Assembly (NCBI RefSeq): GCF_009914755.1 | Contig: NC_060947.1 | Reading direction: 5' to 3' (one strand) | DNA length: 64,000 bases | Origin: the human T2T-CHM13v2.0 reference genome, Homo sapiens | Shown here: piece by piece, positions 32,038 to 48,779 of the stretch | Layout of the letters: every line of letters begins with the position of its first letter | Numbering within the stretch: the first letter of the stretch is position 1 | The notes under the pieces: model-generated | What the model was told of the DNA's origin: nothing | Database searches by the model: none | Seen by the model: the letters and a program-made list of their open reading frames with translations, nothing else | Position numbers and translations under genes: made by a program

Positions 32038-33067
32038 TAAATTAAACCACAGTCTTTGCCTTCAATAAATTTACAGTCCTACAAGAAATGTAGATTCCCA
32101 AATCAATGATTGCCCAATAATGTGATAAATAATGTACTATAAGGATAAAAAGGAGCTACAGGAATACCTTGGAGGGGAGGAAAGCCTCTTTCTATCCATT
32201 TGTTACTAATCCCACCATCCTCTGGAAGCAAAGAGAAGAAAGTGACAAAATTATTTCTAAGAAAGTGGATACCCTGAGGTGACAGCCAGAGCTCAATTTC
32301 TGACCTCAAATCCAAAGTGTTTTCAGTGATAAACTTCTGTATTTCTAGATGAGAACTAGCTTTCTTTACTATCAAAAAAGGGCAAGCAGCAAGGGACCTG
32401 TATTGACTTATCCAAGGGGACTAAAGTTAGCTTTTTTTAAATTAAGAACTCTTTAAATAAGGAGTTGGGAGACATTGCATGGCACCGATCCAAGGTAGGT
32501 TTTAAAATCTCATGGCTGTGTCAAAGCCTAGAAGATTGCCTGTCCAAGATTATTAGGGTGTGAACTGGAGGCAAAAGGAAATCCTTCATACCTTTGATAG
32601 GGCTCTACTCTAATAATGACTTGGAGCATCAAAATGGATTTCAGTTCTGCTAAGTAAATGGGCCTCTTAAATCAGGGCTATAGATTAGGCATTCTGAGCT
32701 CACTGGGCATTGAGCATGGCAATCCATTGCCCACTGGGAGTTTATGGTCAGAGATAACAAGAAAACTGCCAGTTTTATTCCATGTCTATTTGGCATCACT
32801 GCAGAACTATATGTACCCCTCAACCTGCTGCAGGAAGAAAACATAAAAATGATTACTCTGATTATTAGCAGCATTATCTTATTCAGTTATTCCACAGAAA
32901 TTACCACTCAGCATCAATACCTAAAAAGAAGAACTGCATTTTGTGCCCTTTCTAGAGAAACAAAGGGGGTTTTGGCATCTCTGCCCTAACCCCTCAGACC
33001 CAACAGTCTCTCTCTGTTTCACTCTCTCTCTCTTCCCTTCTCCCTCTCTCTCAGTCTCTGTCACATG

Positions 33068-33103
33068 GACACACACACACGTGCGTGCACACACACACAC
33101 ACA
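33068..33103. repeat. Interrupted (CA)n microsatellite
   Basis: gacacacacacacgtgcgtgcacacacacacacaca. Confidence 0.9.
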
Positions 33104-34414
33104 CCATTTCCTTCAGCTCAGTTTGATATCTAGGCCAATTCATTAAACACTAGTTCAATTATTTATTAGCTGTGTGACCTACAGAAAGTTACTCAACCAC
33201 TCAGAACTTTTTTTAATCTTTAAAATGCAAATACCATTATCTACCATAGAGAGAGCTTGGTACCCAGTAGGGGTGTTCAATAGCTGGAAACTGAGTCAGA
33301 GTAGGTGCTACCTCCTGGATGGTAGAGAGGGAGTGTCTCAGCATGGAGGAATGTGAGTTGAAAAGTGCTGGTTTTTCTAGGCATTTGAGAGACTGAGATG
33401 GGCTGACTCATTAGGCATTCTGCTTGCATCAGGCAGCATCAGTAATCTTAATGCAGGCTATTATATAAGTTACAAGACAAAGCAACTCTCCTCTGGTATT
33501 AACACTTACTTGGACAACAAGACTGCTGTAAAAGCATGATTTCAACTCTTCACCTCCTTTCCACCTACCCCAGACCCCTGCCATTTCCAGATCCTTTCAC
33601 TCACTGTCCCATGCCCACCACATCCTGTAAAACTCCAAACTCATTTTGTCACTCACTTACCATCCCATCTCTCCCAATTAAAACAACACACGTTTCTTCA
33701 ATTATCCTCCTCCTGCTGGCAGATGACAAGCGTGGGCTGTTATAACAATGGATTCCCTAGGTAGGTTTTCAAAAGAAACCAGGGGATTGAAGATGATGTA
33801 TACAGAGTTTTGGAATATTTTAATTAAAGTGTATAAAAATGAACTGTTTCACTCCAGATACAGTGGTGCTGCTGCTGTGTCTTGTCACTGCAATATTTAT
33901 CTTCTGGCCATGTGATGAGAGGACTTGTGCTCCCCTCTACCTGACAGGCCAATAAGTCCCCCGTGCTCTCCTCCCCTGGGGCCAATGTGTGGGCAGAATT
34001 TTCAGCAGGGTCAGCTCTTTAAGCAGACTGCAGCAAGAGCAGCCTGGTAGAACTGGAGCAGCAGTGTTGTAAAGGGCCCTCAGAAACCCAGTGCTCCATA
34101 ACTTCAACTGGCCACTATAGACAAAAGGGAGAGAGGAAATGAAAAAGAACAGATCCTGAGGAAAGGACAGACTCAGAGAGAGATTCAGAATAAGATCCAT
34201 GGGCTACAGAAAAATAAAGGAAAGAGGGAAAAGTCAAGTAAGAGAGAGAAACTAAGCATGAGAAAGAACAAGAGAAAGACTGGCCAAATGTGAGAATTTG
34301 AGACAACAGAAAGAAAAGAACAAGATAAAGAAAAACTTAGAAAAAGACAAAAGTAGCAAAAAGGCCTTTGAAGAGAGGAAAAATGAGAGGCAAAATGAAA
34401 AGAAAGATAAAAAA

Positions 34415-34630
34415 GAAGCAATTACATGGGCTGTTTGGGGGAGGGGCAGAAATTACCAGGGCCATAACTAATCTGTTTCTTACTTGGCAGTAAATAACTC
34501 TTGCTATATTCATAATAGGATTACACTTGACAGATGTCAGGGTTATCACCTTGACAAGCAAGTGTGGAAGATATTTGTTTTGATATCCACTGCACACCTG
34601 TCGACATTTAGAAGCTGCAGTAATTAGGGC
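34415..34630. promoter_or_regulatory. Candidate conserved non-coding/enhancer element
   Basis: Unique, non-repeat block between purine tracts with TGACAGATGTCA (34528-34539), further TGACA, CACCTG, TAAATAA and TAATTA motifs. Conservation cannot be verified here. Confidence 0.3.
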
Positions 34631-34719
34631 AAGTTGGGAAGAGGCAAAGAAAGAAAAGCTAGGAAGAGTCTTGGCAAGCCCAGAACTTTTGCCCAAAGGT
34701 AGGGAGGAGAGAGAGAGAA

Positions 34720-34745
34720 GAAAGAAAGAAAGAAAGAAAGAAAAA

Positions 34746-34800
<55 letters not shown>
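34720..34800. repeat. (GAAA)n tetranucleotide STR, ~20 units with one interruption
   Basis: Directly visible. Confidence 0.95.
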
Positions 34801-35237
34801 GGAAATAGAAAGACAAATGTACACACATGCACACTTTGACGCTAATTTTTGTTTGGAAATTAATAGCTTTGCCATACACTCTTCTAGCAAATGAAATTGG
34901 CCACTTTTTCTGTACCTCCATTTCCAAAGTTGGCATCCTTTTCTCCATCACTACAACCCAGCCTCTATACAGGTGCTCCTAAATCGTCACTTGGGGTGAT
35001 TGGAACCCTATCCTTCCTAGCCTCCCTGCCTCCAGCCCTGCCTGCCTATCTAAACCCTTACTCCCAGTCATGTTCTGGACCATCCTGCACTCTGGGATGT
35101 TTATCCTGGCATGCTAGAGTTGGGGGTGCCATGGCGGCAGTGACAGACTTGTCCCAAGTTGAACAGTGGTGACTGGGCTATAGTCTGAAGAGGCTTTCAC
35201 TCTTTTTTTTTTCCCTGTAAATAAAAGAGGTAGAGGG

Positions 35238-35537
<300 letters not shown>

Positions 35538-36314
35538 CTATCAACTTAATTTACATCATTGTTCTATTAAAAACACAAAGTTAAATTAGTTCAGCCCAAA
35601 TGGTCTCCAATTACATACAGACAATTAACATGTTCAATGATTAAGTATAACTATGGTCTAGTATAGAGAAAACATAACTTAGAGTCAGGCCAATCCTCCA
35701 ACCTTTCCCCTTTCATGTGCCTGAATGCTTCGTTCCCACCTTGCCAATGGCATGTATATAACATGTGTATAATTAGAAGTTGACTTTCTTGTCTCCTCAG
35801 CTGGACTCTTGAGTTTCTAAAAGGTAACCATTCCTCTTTCATCTCTGGACAGCCTAAGAGATTCATAAGAGTTGGCCTTAACAAACATCTGTTTGTGAAT
35901 TAGAGCACTTTCTTGTCTAGTTAAATCCTGTAGATCCAATCACCGTTTAGATAAGCAATGAAATTCTTCTCTTGGAAGGGGGCAGGGAAAGGGGACAAAT
36001 TGAATGAACATTTATTGAACACCTATATATCAGGCACTGTGCCAATCCTTTTCACACACTATTTCCTCCAATTCTCAAAATAATACTCAGCAGTAGAGAT
36101 TACTCTCATTTGATAGAAACCTGAGGTCCTAAGAGGTTGAATGACTTGCCCATTGTCACTCAGCTTATAATTACCAGAGTTTTAGGTTTGGATGCAGGTC
36201 TACTCAATTGCAAAGCCCATGCTCTTATCTCTAGAATACCTTAGCTCCTAAGGTTAGTAAAAACTCTATGGCCAAAGCCAACTGCCTTTTTTTTTTTTTT
36301 TTTTTTTTTTTGGG

Positions 36315-36760
36315 GACTTACCCTATTCAATTCCTCTGAATACTGATACCATGAAATTATTTCTACTTCTTGAAAACTTTTCTTCCTGTGCTTTCTGTGG
36401 CACTTTTCTGCCCTGATTTTATTCCTATGCCTCTGACCACTACTTCTCAGTTTTCTCTACCCTGCTGTCCCAGACTCTTAATTCAAGGTCTTCATATTCT
36501 CTTTGGGCAGTATCATTAAATCCTACATTTTCTCCAAGCATTTAGATGTGCTAGGCTCCCAAGATTGTATTTTCAGCTCAACCCTTTTCCCCAAGGTTAG
36601 ACTAAAATCATTACTGCCTCCTGAGCCTTACTACATGAATAGGGTACTGTCACCTCAAAACCAACATCACCAAAGTTCAACTTACCAGCCTTACCCCCAC
36701 CAAGCCAAGGTGGGGGCTTCCCCACTTTCTTCCCATCTCCAGCATGACAATTCCAGTATG
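36315..36760. mobile_element. L2-like relic
   Basis: cttcttgaaaacttttcttcc...ctctgaccactacttctcagt...tcccaagattgtattttcagctc. Confidence 0.55.
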
Positions 36761-36824
36761 TGAATTATATCTTAATAAATCCCTTATCTCAACAAAAATA
36801 TAAAGATTTTCACTAATGCACTAT

Positions 36825-37647
36825 CTTTTTATTGTAGTAAAATATACATAAGATATAATATATCATTGTAACCATTTTTTTTTGAGACAGAGTCTCACTC
36901 TGTCACCCAGGCTGGAGTATAGTGGTGTGACCACAGCTGACTGCAGCCTCGACCTTCCAGGCTCAAGCAATTCTCCCAAATCAGCCTCTTGGAGTAGCTG
37001 GGACTATAGGTGCACACCATCACATCTAGCTAATTTTTTGTTTTTATTTTTTATAGAGACAGAGTCTCACTATGTGGCCAGTGCTGGTCTATTGTTATTA
37101 TTGTTTAGAGACTGGGTCTTGCTCTGTCACCCAGGCTGCAGTGCAGTGGCACTATCATAGCTCACTGTAGCCTTGAACTCCCAGGCTCAAGCAATCCTCT
37201 TGCCTCAGCCTTCTGAGTAGCTAGGACTACAGGCATGGGCCACCACACCCAGCTGATGTATGAAAAAAAATTGGTAAAGACTTGGTATGTTGCCCAAGCT
37301 GGTCTCAAACTCCAGGGCTCAAGCTATCCTCCCACCTTGGCTTCCCAAAGTGCTGGGATTAGAGGGATAAGGAACCATGCCCTGCCTATTATAACCATTT
37401 TTAAGTGTACAATTCAGTGGCGTTAATTATATTTACAATGTCATGCAACCATTTTTCACTATGTATTTCAAGAACATTTTCATCAGCCCAAACAGACACT
37501 TTGAATCCATAACTCTCCATTACCTACATCCTGCCCCTTGGGCCTTCTGTCCTTATGAATTTGACTACTCTAAGTACCTCACATTAGTGGAATGACACAC
37601 AATCTGTCCTTCTGTGTCTGACTTATTTCAGTGAGCATAATGTTTTC
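36825..37647 (-). mobile_element. L1MB-like 3' end (host of the AluJ composite and L1 B)
   Basis: accatttttaagtgtacaattcagtggcgttaa...ttgactactctaagtacctcac; resumes at 43736. Confidence 0.75.
36875..37386 (-). mobile_element. AluJ composite: full AluJ (~37090-37386) followed by a 5'-truncated AluJ (~36875-37090)
   Basis: Two right-monomer copies. Flanking repeats attgtaaccattttt / attataaccattttt bracket the whole unit. Confidence 0.85.
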
Positions 37648-37869
37648 TTTATTATTATTATTATTATACTTTAAGTTTTAGGGTACATGTGCACAATGTG
37701 CAGGTTTGTTACATATGTATACATGTGACATGTTGGTGTGCTGCACCCAGTAACTCGTCATTTAGCATTAGGTATATCTCCCAATGCTATCCCTCAGCCC
37801 TCCTCCGCAAAAAACAGTCCCCAGTGTGTGATGCTCCCCTTCCTGTGTCCATGTGTTCCCATTGTTAAA

Positions 37870-41650
<3,781 letters not shown>

Positions 41651-41778
41651 TATGATGTTAGCTGGTTATTTTGCTCGTTAATTGATGCCGTTTCTTCCTA
41701 GCCTTGATAGTCTTTAAAATTTGGCATGTTTTTGCAGTGGCTGGTACCTGTCGTTCCTTTCCGTGTTTAGTGCTTCTT

Positions 41779-42729
41779 TCAGGAGGTCTTTAAGGCAGGC
41801 CTGGTGGTGACAAAATCTCTCAGCATTTGCTTGTCTGTAAAGGATTTTATTTCTCCTTCACTTATGAAGCTTAGTTTGGCTGGATATGAAATTCTGGGTT
41901 GAAAATTGTTTTGTTTAAGAATGTTGAATATTGGCCTCCACTCTCTTCTGGCTTGTGGAGTTTCTGCTGAGAGATCCGCTGTTAGTCTGATGGGCTTCCC
42001 TTTGTGGGTAACCCGACCTTTGTCTCTGGCTGCCCTTAACATTTTTTGCTTCATTTCAACTTTGGTGAATCTGACAATTTTGTGTCTTGGAGTTGCTCTT
42101 CTCGAGGAGTATCTTTGTGGCATTCTCTGTATTTCCTGAATCTGAATGTTGACCTGCCTTGCTAGATTGGGGAAGTTCTCCTGGATACTATCCTGCAGAG
42201 TGTTTTCCAACTTGGTTCCATTCTCCCCGTCACTTTCAGGTACACCGATCAGACATAGATTTGGCCTTTTCACATAGTCCCAAATTTCTTGGAGGCTTTG
42301 TTCATTTCTTTTTATTCTTTTTTCTCTGAACTTCTGTTTTTGCTCCATTTCATTCATTTCATCTTCCATGACTGATACCCTTTCTTCTAGTTGATCACAT
42401 TGGCTACTGAGGCTTGTGTATTCGTCACGTAGTTCTTGTGCCATGGTTTTCAGCTCCATCAGGTCCTTTAAGGACTTCTCTGCATTGGTTATTCTAGTTA
42501 GCCATTTGTCTAATTTTTTTTCAAGGTTTTTAACTTCTTTGCCTTGGATTTGAACTTCCTCCTTTAGCTCGGAATTGTTTGATCTTCTGAAGCCTTCTTC
42601 TCTCAACTCATCAAAGTCATTCTTTGTCCAGCTTTGTTCCATTGCTGGTGAGGAGCTGCATTCCTTTGGAGGAGGAGAGGCACTCTGCTTTTTAGAGTTT
42701 CCAGTTTTTCTGCTTTGTTTTTTCCCCAT
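41779..42729 (-). pseudogene. L1 ORF1p, nearly intact (316 aa, late frameshift)
   Basis: MGKKQSRKTGNSKKQSASPPPKE...REKRIKRNEQSLQEIWDYVKRPN...YPAKLSF...TTRPALKTS; lacks the last ~22 residues of the 338-aa protein. Confidence 0.9.
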
Positions 42730-43735
42730 CTTTGTGGTTTTATCTACCTTTGGTCTTTGATGCTGGTGACGTACAGATGGGTTTTTGGTATGGATGTCCT
42801 TTCTGTTTGTTAGTTTTCCTTCAAACAGTCAGGACCCTCAGCTGCAGGTCTGTTGGAGTTTGCTGGAGGTCCACTGCAGACCCTGTTTGCCTCGGTATCA
42901 GCAGTGGTGGCTGCAGAACAGCGGATTTTGGTGAGCCACAAATGCTGTTGCCTGATCATTCCTCTAGAAGTTTTGTCTCAGAGTAGTACCCAGCCGTGTG
43001 TGGTGCCAGTCCACCCCTACTGGGGGGTGCCTCCCAGTTAGGCTACTTGGGGGTCAGGGACCCCCTTTGAGGAGGCAGTCTGCCCCTTCTCAGATCTCCA
43101 GCTGTGTGCTGGGAGAACCACTACTCTCTTCAAAGCTGTCAGACAGGGACATTTAAGTCTGCAGAGGATTCTGCTGCCTATTGTTTGTCTGTGCCCTGCC
43201 CCCAGAGGTGGAGCCTACAGAGGCAGGCAGGCCTCCTTGAGCTGTGGTGGGCTCCACCCAGTTCGAGCTTCCCAGCCACTTTGTTTATCTACTCAAGCCT
43301 TGGCAATGGCAGGCACCCCTCCCCCAGCCCAGCTGCCACCTTGCAGTTTGATTTCAGACAGCTGTGCTAGCAATGAGGGTGGGCATAGGTCTCTCTGAGC
43401 CATGTGCGGCATATAATCTCCTGGTGTGCTTTTTGTTAAGCCCTTTGGAGAAGCACAGTATTAGGGTGGAAGTGACCCAATTTTCCAGGTGCCATCTGTC
43501 ACCCCATTCTTTGACTAGGACAGGGAATTCCCTGACCCCTTGGACTTCCCAGGTGAGGCGATGCCTCGCCTTGCTTCGGCTCACGCATGGTGCGCTGCAC
43601 CCTCTGTCTGGCACTCCCCAGTGAGATGAACCCAGTACCTCAGTTGGAAATGCAGAAATCACCTGCTTTCTGCATCGCTCATGCTGGGAGCTGTAGACTG
43701 GAGCTGTTCCTATTCGTCCATCTTGGCTCTCTTCC

Positions 43736-44905
43736 TCAGTGAGCATAATGTTTTCAAGTTTCCTCCATGTGGTAGCATGTATCAAAATTTTATTCTTGTT
43801 TATGGCTAAATAATATTCCACTTCATGTGTATATACCACAATTCACATATTTTTATCCATTCATCTGCTGATGGACACTTGAGCTGTTTCTACCTTTTGG
43901 CTATTGTGAATAGTGCTTCTATGCACATAGGTAGATAAGTATATGTTTGTGGTCCCTGCATTTAATATTTTGGGGTATAGTGCTAGGAGTAAAATTGTTG
44001 GATCATATGGTGATTCTATATTTAACTTTTTGAGGAGCTCCAAAAATGTTTTTCAGAGCATCTGCACCATTTTACACTTCCACCAGCAATGGAAGGGGGT
44101 TCCATTTTCTCCACATCCTTGTCATCACTTTTTTTTTCAGGTTTGTGTGTGTGTGTGTGTGTGTTTTTTTCTTTTGATGGTGTCTCCCTCTGTTTCGCAG
44201 GCTGTAGTGCAGTGGTAACCTCTGCCTCCTGGGTTCAAGAGATTCTCCTGCCTCAGCTGCCCAAGTAGCTGGGATTACACACTTGCACCACCAAGCCTGG
44301 CTAATTTTTGTATTTTTAGTAGAGATGGGGTTTCACCATGTTGGCCAGACTGGTCTTGAACTCCTGACCTCAAGTGATCTGCCTGCCTCAGCTTCCCAAA
44401 GTGCTGGGATTACAGCCATGCACCGCTGCACCCAGCTTGTGTGTTTGTTTTTTAATAATAGTCCTCCTAATGGGTGTGAAGTGGTATTTCATTGTGGTTT
44501 TGGTTTGCATTTCCTTAGTGACTAACAATATTGAACATTTGTTTTTGTGCTTATCAGTCATTTGTATATCTTCTTAGGAGAATTGTCTATTCAAGTCCTT
44601 TGTCCATTTTTTCATTGGCTTGTTTGATTTTTTATTGTGGATTCATAAAGATTCTTTATATATTATGGATATTAATCCCTTATCAGATATATGGTTTGCA
44701 TATATTATCTCTCATTCTATGGTTTTTCTTTTCACTTTCTTGATAGCGCTCTTTGAAGCACAACAGATTTTAATTTTGATAAAGTCCAATTTATTCTTTC
44801 ATTACCTGTGCCTTTGGTGCCATTCCTAAGAAATAATTGACAAATACAATCATAAAAAGTTTCCCTTATATTTTCTTCTAAGTATGTTCTAGTTTTAGCT
44901 GAAGC
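43736..44905 (-). mobile_element. L1MB-like continuation, interrupted by an Alu
   Basis: ttcatctgctgatggacacttgagc...ttacacttccaccagcaatg...gtggtatttcattgtggttttgg. Confidence 0.8.
44140..44436 (-). mobile_element. AluS (Sx-like) with (TG)n in tail
   Basis: ctcctgacctcaagtgatctgcctgcctcagcttcccaaagtgctgggattaca; (TG)n at 44144-44163. Confidence 0.9.
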
Positions 44906-46269
44906 ATTATCTCCAATAGTAAAAAAAAAAAAAAAAAAAAAAAAAACAAACAAACAAACAAAAAAAAAACAGTAAAAACCTAAATGGCCACCAACTGAGT
45001 CCTGGAAAATAGTTAAAATATTTAAAAGTGATGCGTAATGTAAAGTATTTGGTAACATTTTGTACTTTTTCTGGGTAGAAATCATTATTGACTCGGTAGA
45101 ATAAGGTAAACATCCTCAGGCAACATTGATAATAAGTAATTATAATAAAATAATTAAATATGATTAAATGTTTATATGAGATGAGCACAAATCTAAGCAC
45201 TTTTCATTATCTCCTTTAATCCTCACATGAGTCTAAAAGGGGAGGTGTAGTGTCATTATAACCATTTTACAGTTGAAAAAACTGAGGCATATCCATGTTC
45301 AATACCTTGGCAAAGATTACACAGCTGAGAAGTGTTAGGTCAAGATATGAATCCAACCAATCTGGGTTTCAGAGCCCACATTCCAATAAAACATTATTCT
45401 GTATTGTCTCACATGTGGGTCAGAAAACTACTTGGGAATGCAGGCATGATGAGGTAGAAAAGACTAATTTTTGCTTTCTTGCAACTAGAAGAAACAGGGC
45501 AGAACTGAGAGGAGAAGGCAAAGGAAACTTGCCTGATATCATGTGAAGAAAGATTTAAGTTGAGGGTAAGAGGAGACAGATTGAGTTGCCACAGGCATGC
45601 TATTTCTCCCACTGACCAGGCCTCAATAAACCACGTATTCAAATTAATTGATGCTACCTATACTAGATCACCCACGGACACCACATGATGGTCCAGAGCT
45701 CAGGACTACAAAGTTAATTAATCCCTAATGGCTTTGGAGAAGTAACATAGGTTACTAAGTTACTGTGGCAACCTGAAACTGTGACTGTTTTCCCTACTCC
45801 TTTGCATTCTCATGCCTCACTCACCACTTGCTGAACAAATCAAGAGAATTGATTCCTCTGTGCCTTTACTTAGGCTGTGCATTCTCCCTGGAATGCTTGT
45901 CACTAGCCCTAACGTTTTGTATAGTTGGAAAACACATACTAAAAAATTCCCTAAAAAATCCCATTCACATGCCATCGGCCATGATAGCTTATAAATTAAT
46001 GAGTTCCTTCATTGTTCTCTAACACTTGTTATTTCATCATATGTCTGTATACCGTTCCTACCCTTCATTAGACCATCTGCACTTTGAGAGAACATACTGT
46101 GCTGTGTCTGACTCATCTCTGTAACCCTCGTACATAGCATAGTGCCAAGAGGGGAAAGGCAAGAGCAAATATTAAATTTTCATCACCATCATGGTTGTGG
46201 TATCTCCACCCCAAAGGCCCAATCTGAACTTATCTAGTCATGGGGCTGAGGTAAACCATCTATAGGTGC

Positions 46270-46510
46270 ACAGCTTCATGAAAGCATGACCTTCAGAACC
46301 AGGTAGATGTGGGTTTAAATCCCAACTTTACCACTTACTGACTATGTGACCTTGGATACGTCATATTACCCCTCTGAGCTTCAGTTTCCTCATCTATAAA
46401 AGAGAAATAATAATTGCCTTTCCCTCATAAGTTTGTATAAGGATTAAATATAATCATGCATGTACAGCACAGAGTATTTAATAGACACTTAAATAGTAGC
46501 TCTTATTAAT
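46270..46510 (+). mobile_element. MIR
   Basis: ccacttactgactatgtgaccttgg...ctctgagcttcagtttcctcatctataaaa. Confidence 0.75.
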
Positions 46511-47799
46511 AGGGGAGTGTACCTGTGGGTACAAGTGGAGACCTGTGTCTGCTTAGGCCCAGCTATTTGTCTATTATCACTCATTTTCTCAGCAACTCCA
46601 CAGCAGAAATGTTGTATCAAGCCGTCCCAGGGGCCTTGAACAGGCCCACAGATGACAAAGGAGCCAGAGTATAAATTTCTGCTATGGACGCAAGAAAAAC
46701 CCCTGTGGAGTTAGTAGCCCATTGCTTAGGAGAAGAACTTGGTCCCCAATTCCTGAGAGGACTCCAGTAAAACTGTTACATCTGTCATCATCTAAAAAAA
46801 TCTTAGCGTGGAGATGTGAGTCTGAGGGACCAAAGTGAACCTAAGATGGAAAAGATGACTCTTTCCTTCCCCCATAGCCTGGCTTCTGGCCTTAGCTCTA
46901 TCACAAACTGGACAAGTTACCTCCCTTCTTTTGACCTGTTTCCCCAGCTGTGCAACAGTGCTATTGGATAAAATGTTCCATCCAGGCCTTTCAGCTCTGA
47001 CACTTGAATTCCTGTTTTTCCTCCTTTCCTACATGGCTCTCTGCCCTTGGCTAATTCTAATGTCTCAAGAGCCAAGGTGGAATCTACTGACTGAAAGGAT
47101 AGAAAAGATATACTCTCTACAACAGGAGGTGGCCGCATCCCAAAGTAGAGCAGCAAGACCCTGGCGTTTGACATTCTAAGTTATGGCATGTGTGCCCATA
47201 CTTGCATGCCCAGAGTGATGGGGCATGCTGTCTCCTAAGTGAAGAGGGCAGACAGAAGAACACAAAGAGAGGAGACCCTCCCAAGGGTGCTGGTGTTTTT
47301 AGCAACCACCACGTGACTGACAAGTAGCCAAGCCTGGGCTAGGATTTTGGTCTATCCAACTCAGTCCACACCATCCCATGAAAGAAAAGGAGAAACTAAG
47401 GGAGACAGGGACCCTGGCCTCCAGAAGTGCCGCTCTCCCTCTGCTTGCATCTGATATCCAGAGGCTGACTGATGTGAAAAGCCATCCCATTAACTCACAA
47501 AGATTTAGGCAAAAGCCTCAGGTCCTGTGGGCTAGAAGAAACTTGTCAAAGGAGTAAATGCAATTAACATTTGTTGAATCTTTGCAGTTGTCATGTAAGC
47601 ACATGGTAACCTTAGAGTAACCCAAGAAAAGTAGGGTGGAAAATGCTTGCCCAGATGTAAAAATGCAGTGAGGATTTATATTTCAGAAGCTATGAATATT
47701 TTTATTTTCTCAAGAGATCTCTGTCAAGAAAACAGATGTCTAAGAGTGACTCCTCTTCTGGCAGAGACAGGAACTAGAACTAAGTGTTGATATAGAACA

Positions 47800-48750
47800 A
47801 AATAGTAGGAATGGGCTATAGTGGATCCAGCTAAGTGTCAAGAAGGGAGGTAAGTGGCCATTATACAGGCCAGTAAAAAGAAAGAGGGGAGCTACATTTC
47901 AGAAGTAAAGTGGCAGAAAGAGAGTTAAGTGGTAGTGAAAGGTATTAAGAGAGAAGATGGGGCATAGAAAGTATATAAGGGTTTAGAGAGAAGTTGGAAG
48001 CTTCAAGAAGGAAGCGAGCCACAGCTAAAAGATAGGGAACTGGCAGAGAACCAGCGGATAAGTGAGGAAAGGAAAGAGTTTGAGGGTTATAGAAGAGGGC
48101 CAGAAGGAGGTTGCTGGGGCCAGCAGAAAAGGATTCCACCTACAAAACTAATGCTTCCGCAATGGGAAGAAAACAAGCAAATGTAGATACAGAGGGAAGA
48201 GTGTCTTAGAAGGTAGTCAAAATAAATAAGGGGTTGGGAACTCAATGATTGGATAGGGGCTTAGAGTGAGGGAGTTTCTAAGAGAGGTGACCAGGGCTGT
48301 ATGAAGGGTAAGAAGTACTGTCATGAGATGATGTTAACTGAGGGATAAAGCTAATTAAGCCATGAAGACATGTGAGGGGTAGGGATAGGAAATAAAGAAA
48401 AGAGAGGGGGTCGTAGTGAGCAAATGTGAGTAATCCAGGGGATTAGGATGAGTGATAGAATGATCATCGATCATTATGCATATGGGGGCTAAGAGAAGGG
48501 ACAGGACCTTCAGGATGAGGTGCAGTTGACTGTGGAAAAGGTAGCTCAAAGAGAAAAAGAGGGCTCAGGAGAAGGGGATTTAGTAAGGAAAAATGAATTA
48601 CAAAAGAAGGAAGATTCACTAGGGAAATGGGAGCTCTGTGAGTGACTACGGTTAAGTGAGAAGGGGCCTCAAAGAGAGATGAGGCTTCAACAATCATCAG
48701 TAAGGAGAAGGGAATTCACTAGGAAAGGAGTTCAGTGACAGAGTATGGGT
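47800..48750. mobile_element. Degenerate L2-like purine-rich relic
   Basis: Strongly A/G-skewed degenerate sequence typical of L2 ORF remnants. Confidence 0.4.
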
Positions 48751-48779
48751 TCTGTAAATTTGAAAGTATATGAGAGATG

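Noticed and set aside
33905-33951. C/D-box-like motif (GTGATGA...CTGA with tggcc/ggcca stem)
   Set aside because: Only ~22 nt separate the boxes, which is too short for a C/D snoRNA and leaves no room for C'/D' boxes.
34337-34951. 204-aa hydrophobic ORF (FFLS repeats)
   Set aside because: Its length is inflated by the (TTTC)n STR and pyrimidine tract, and it resembles no protein family.
44921-44970. Apparent orphan poly-A or processed-pseudogene tail
   Set aside because: The context (aatagtaaaa...aacctaaatggccaccaac) resembles an old L1 3' fragment with an expanded A-run. There is no convincing TSD or upstream cDNA.
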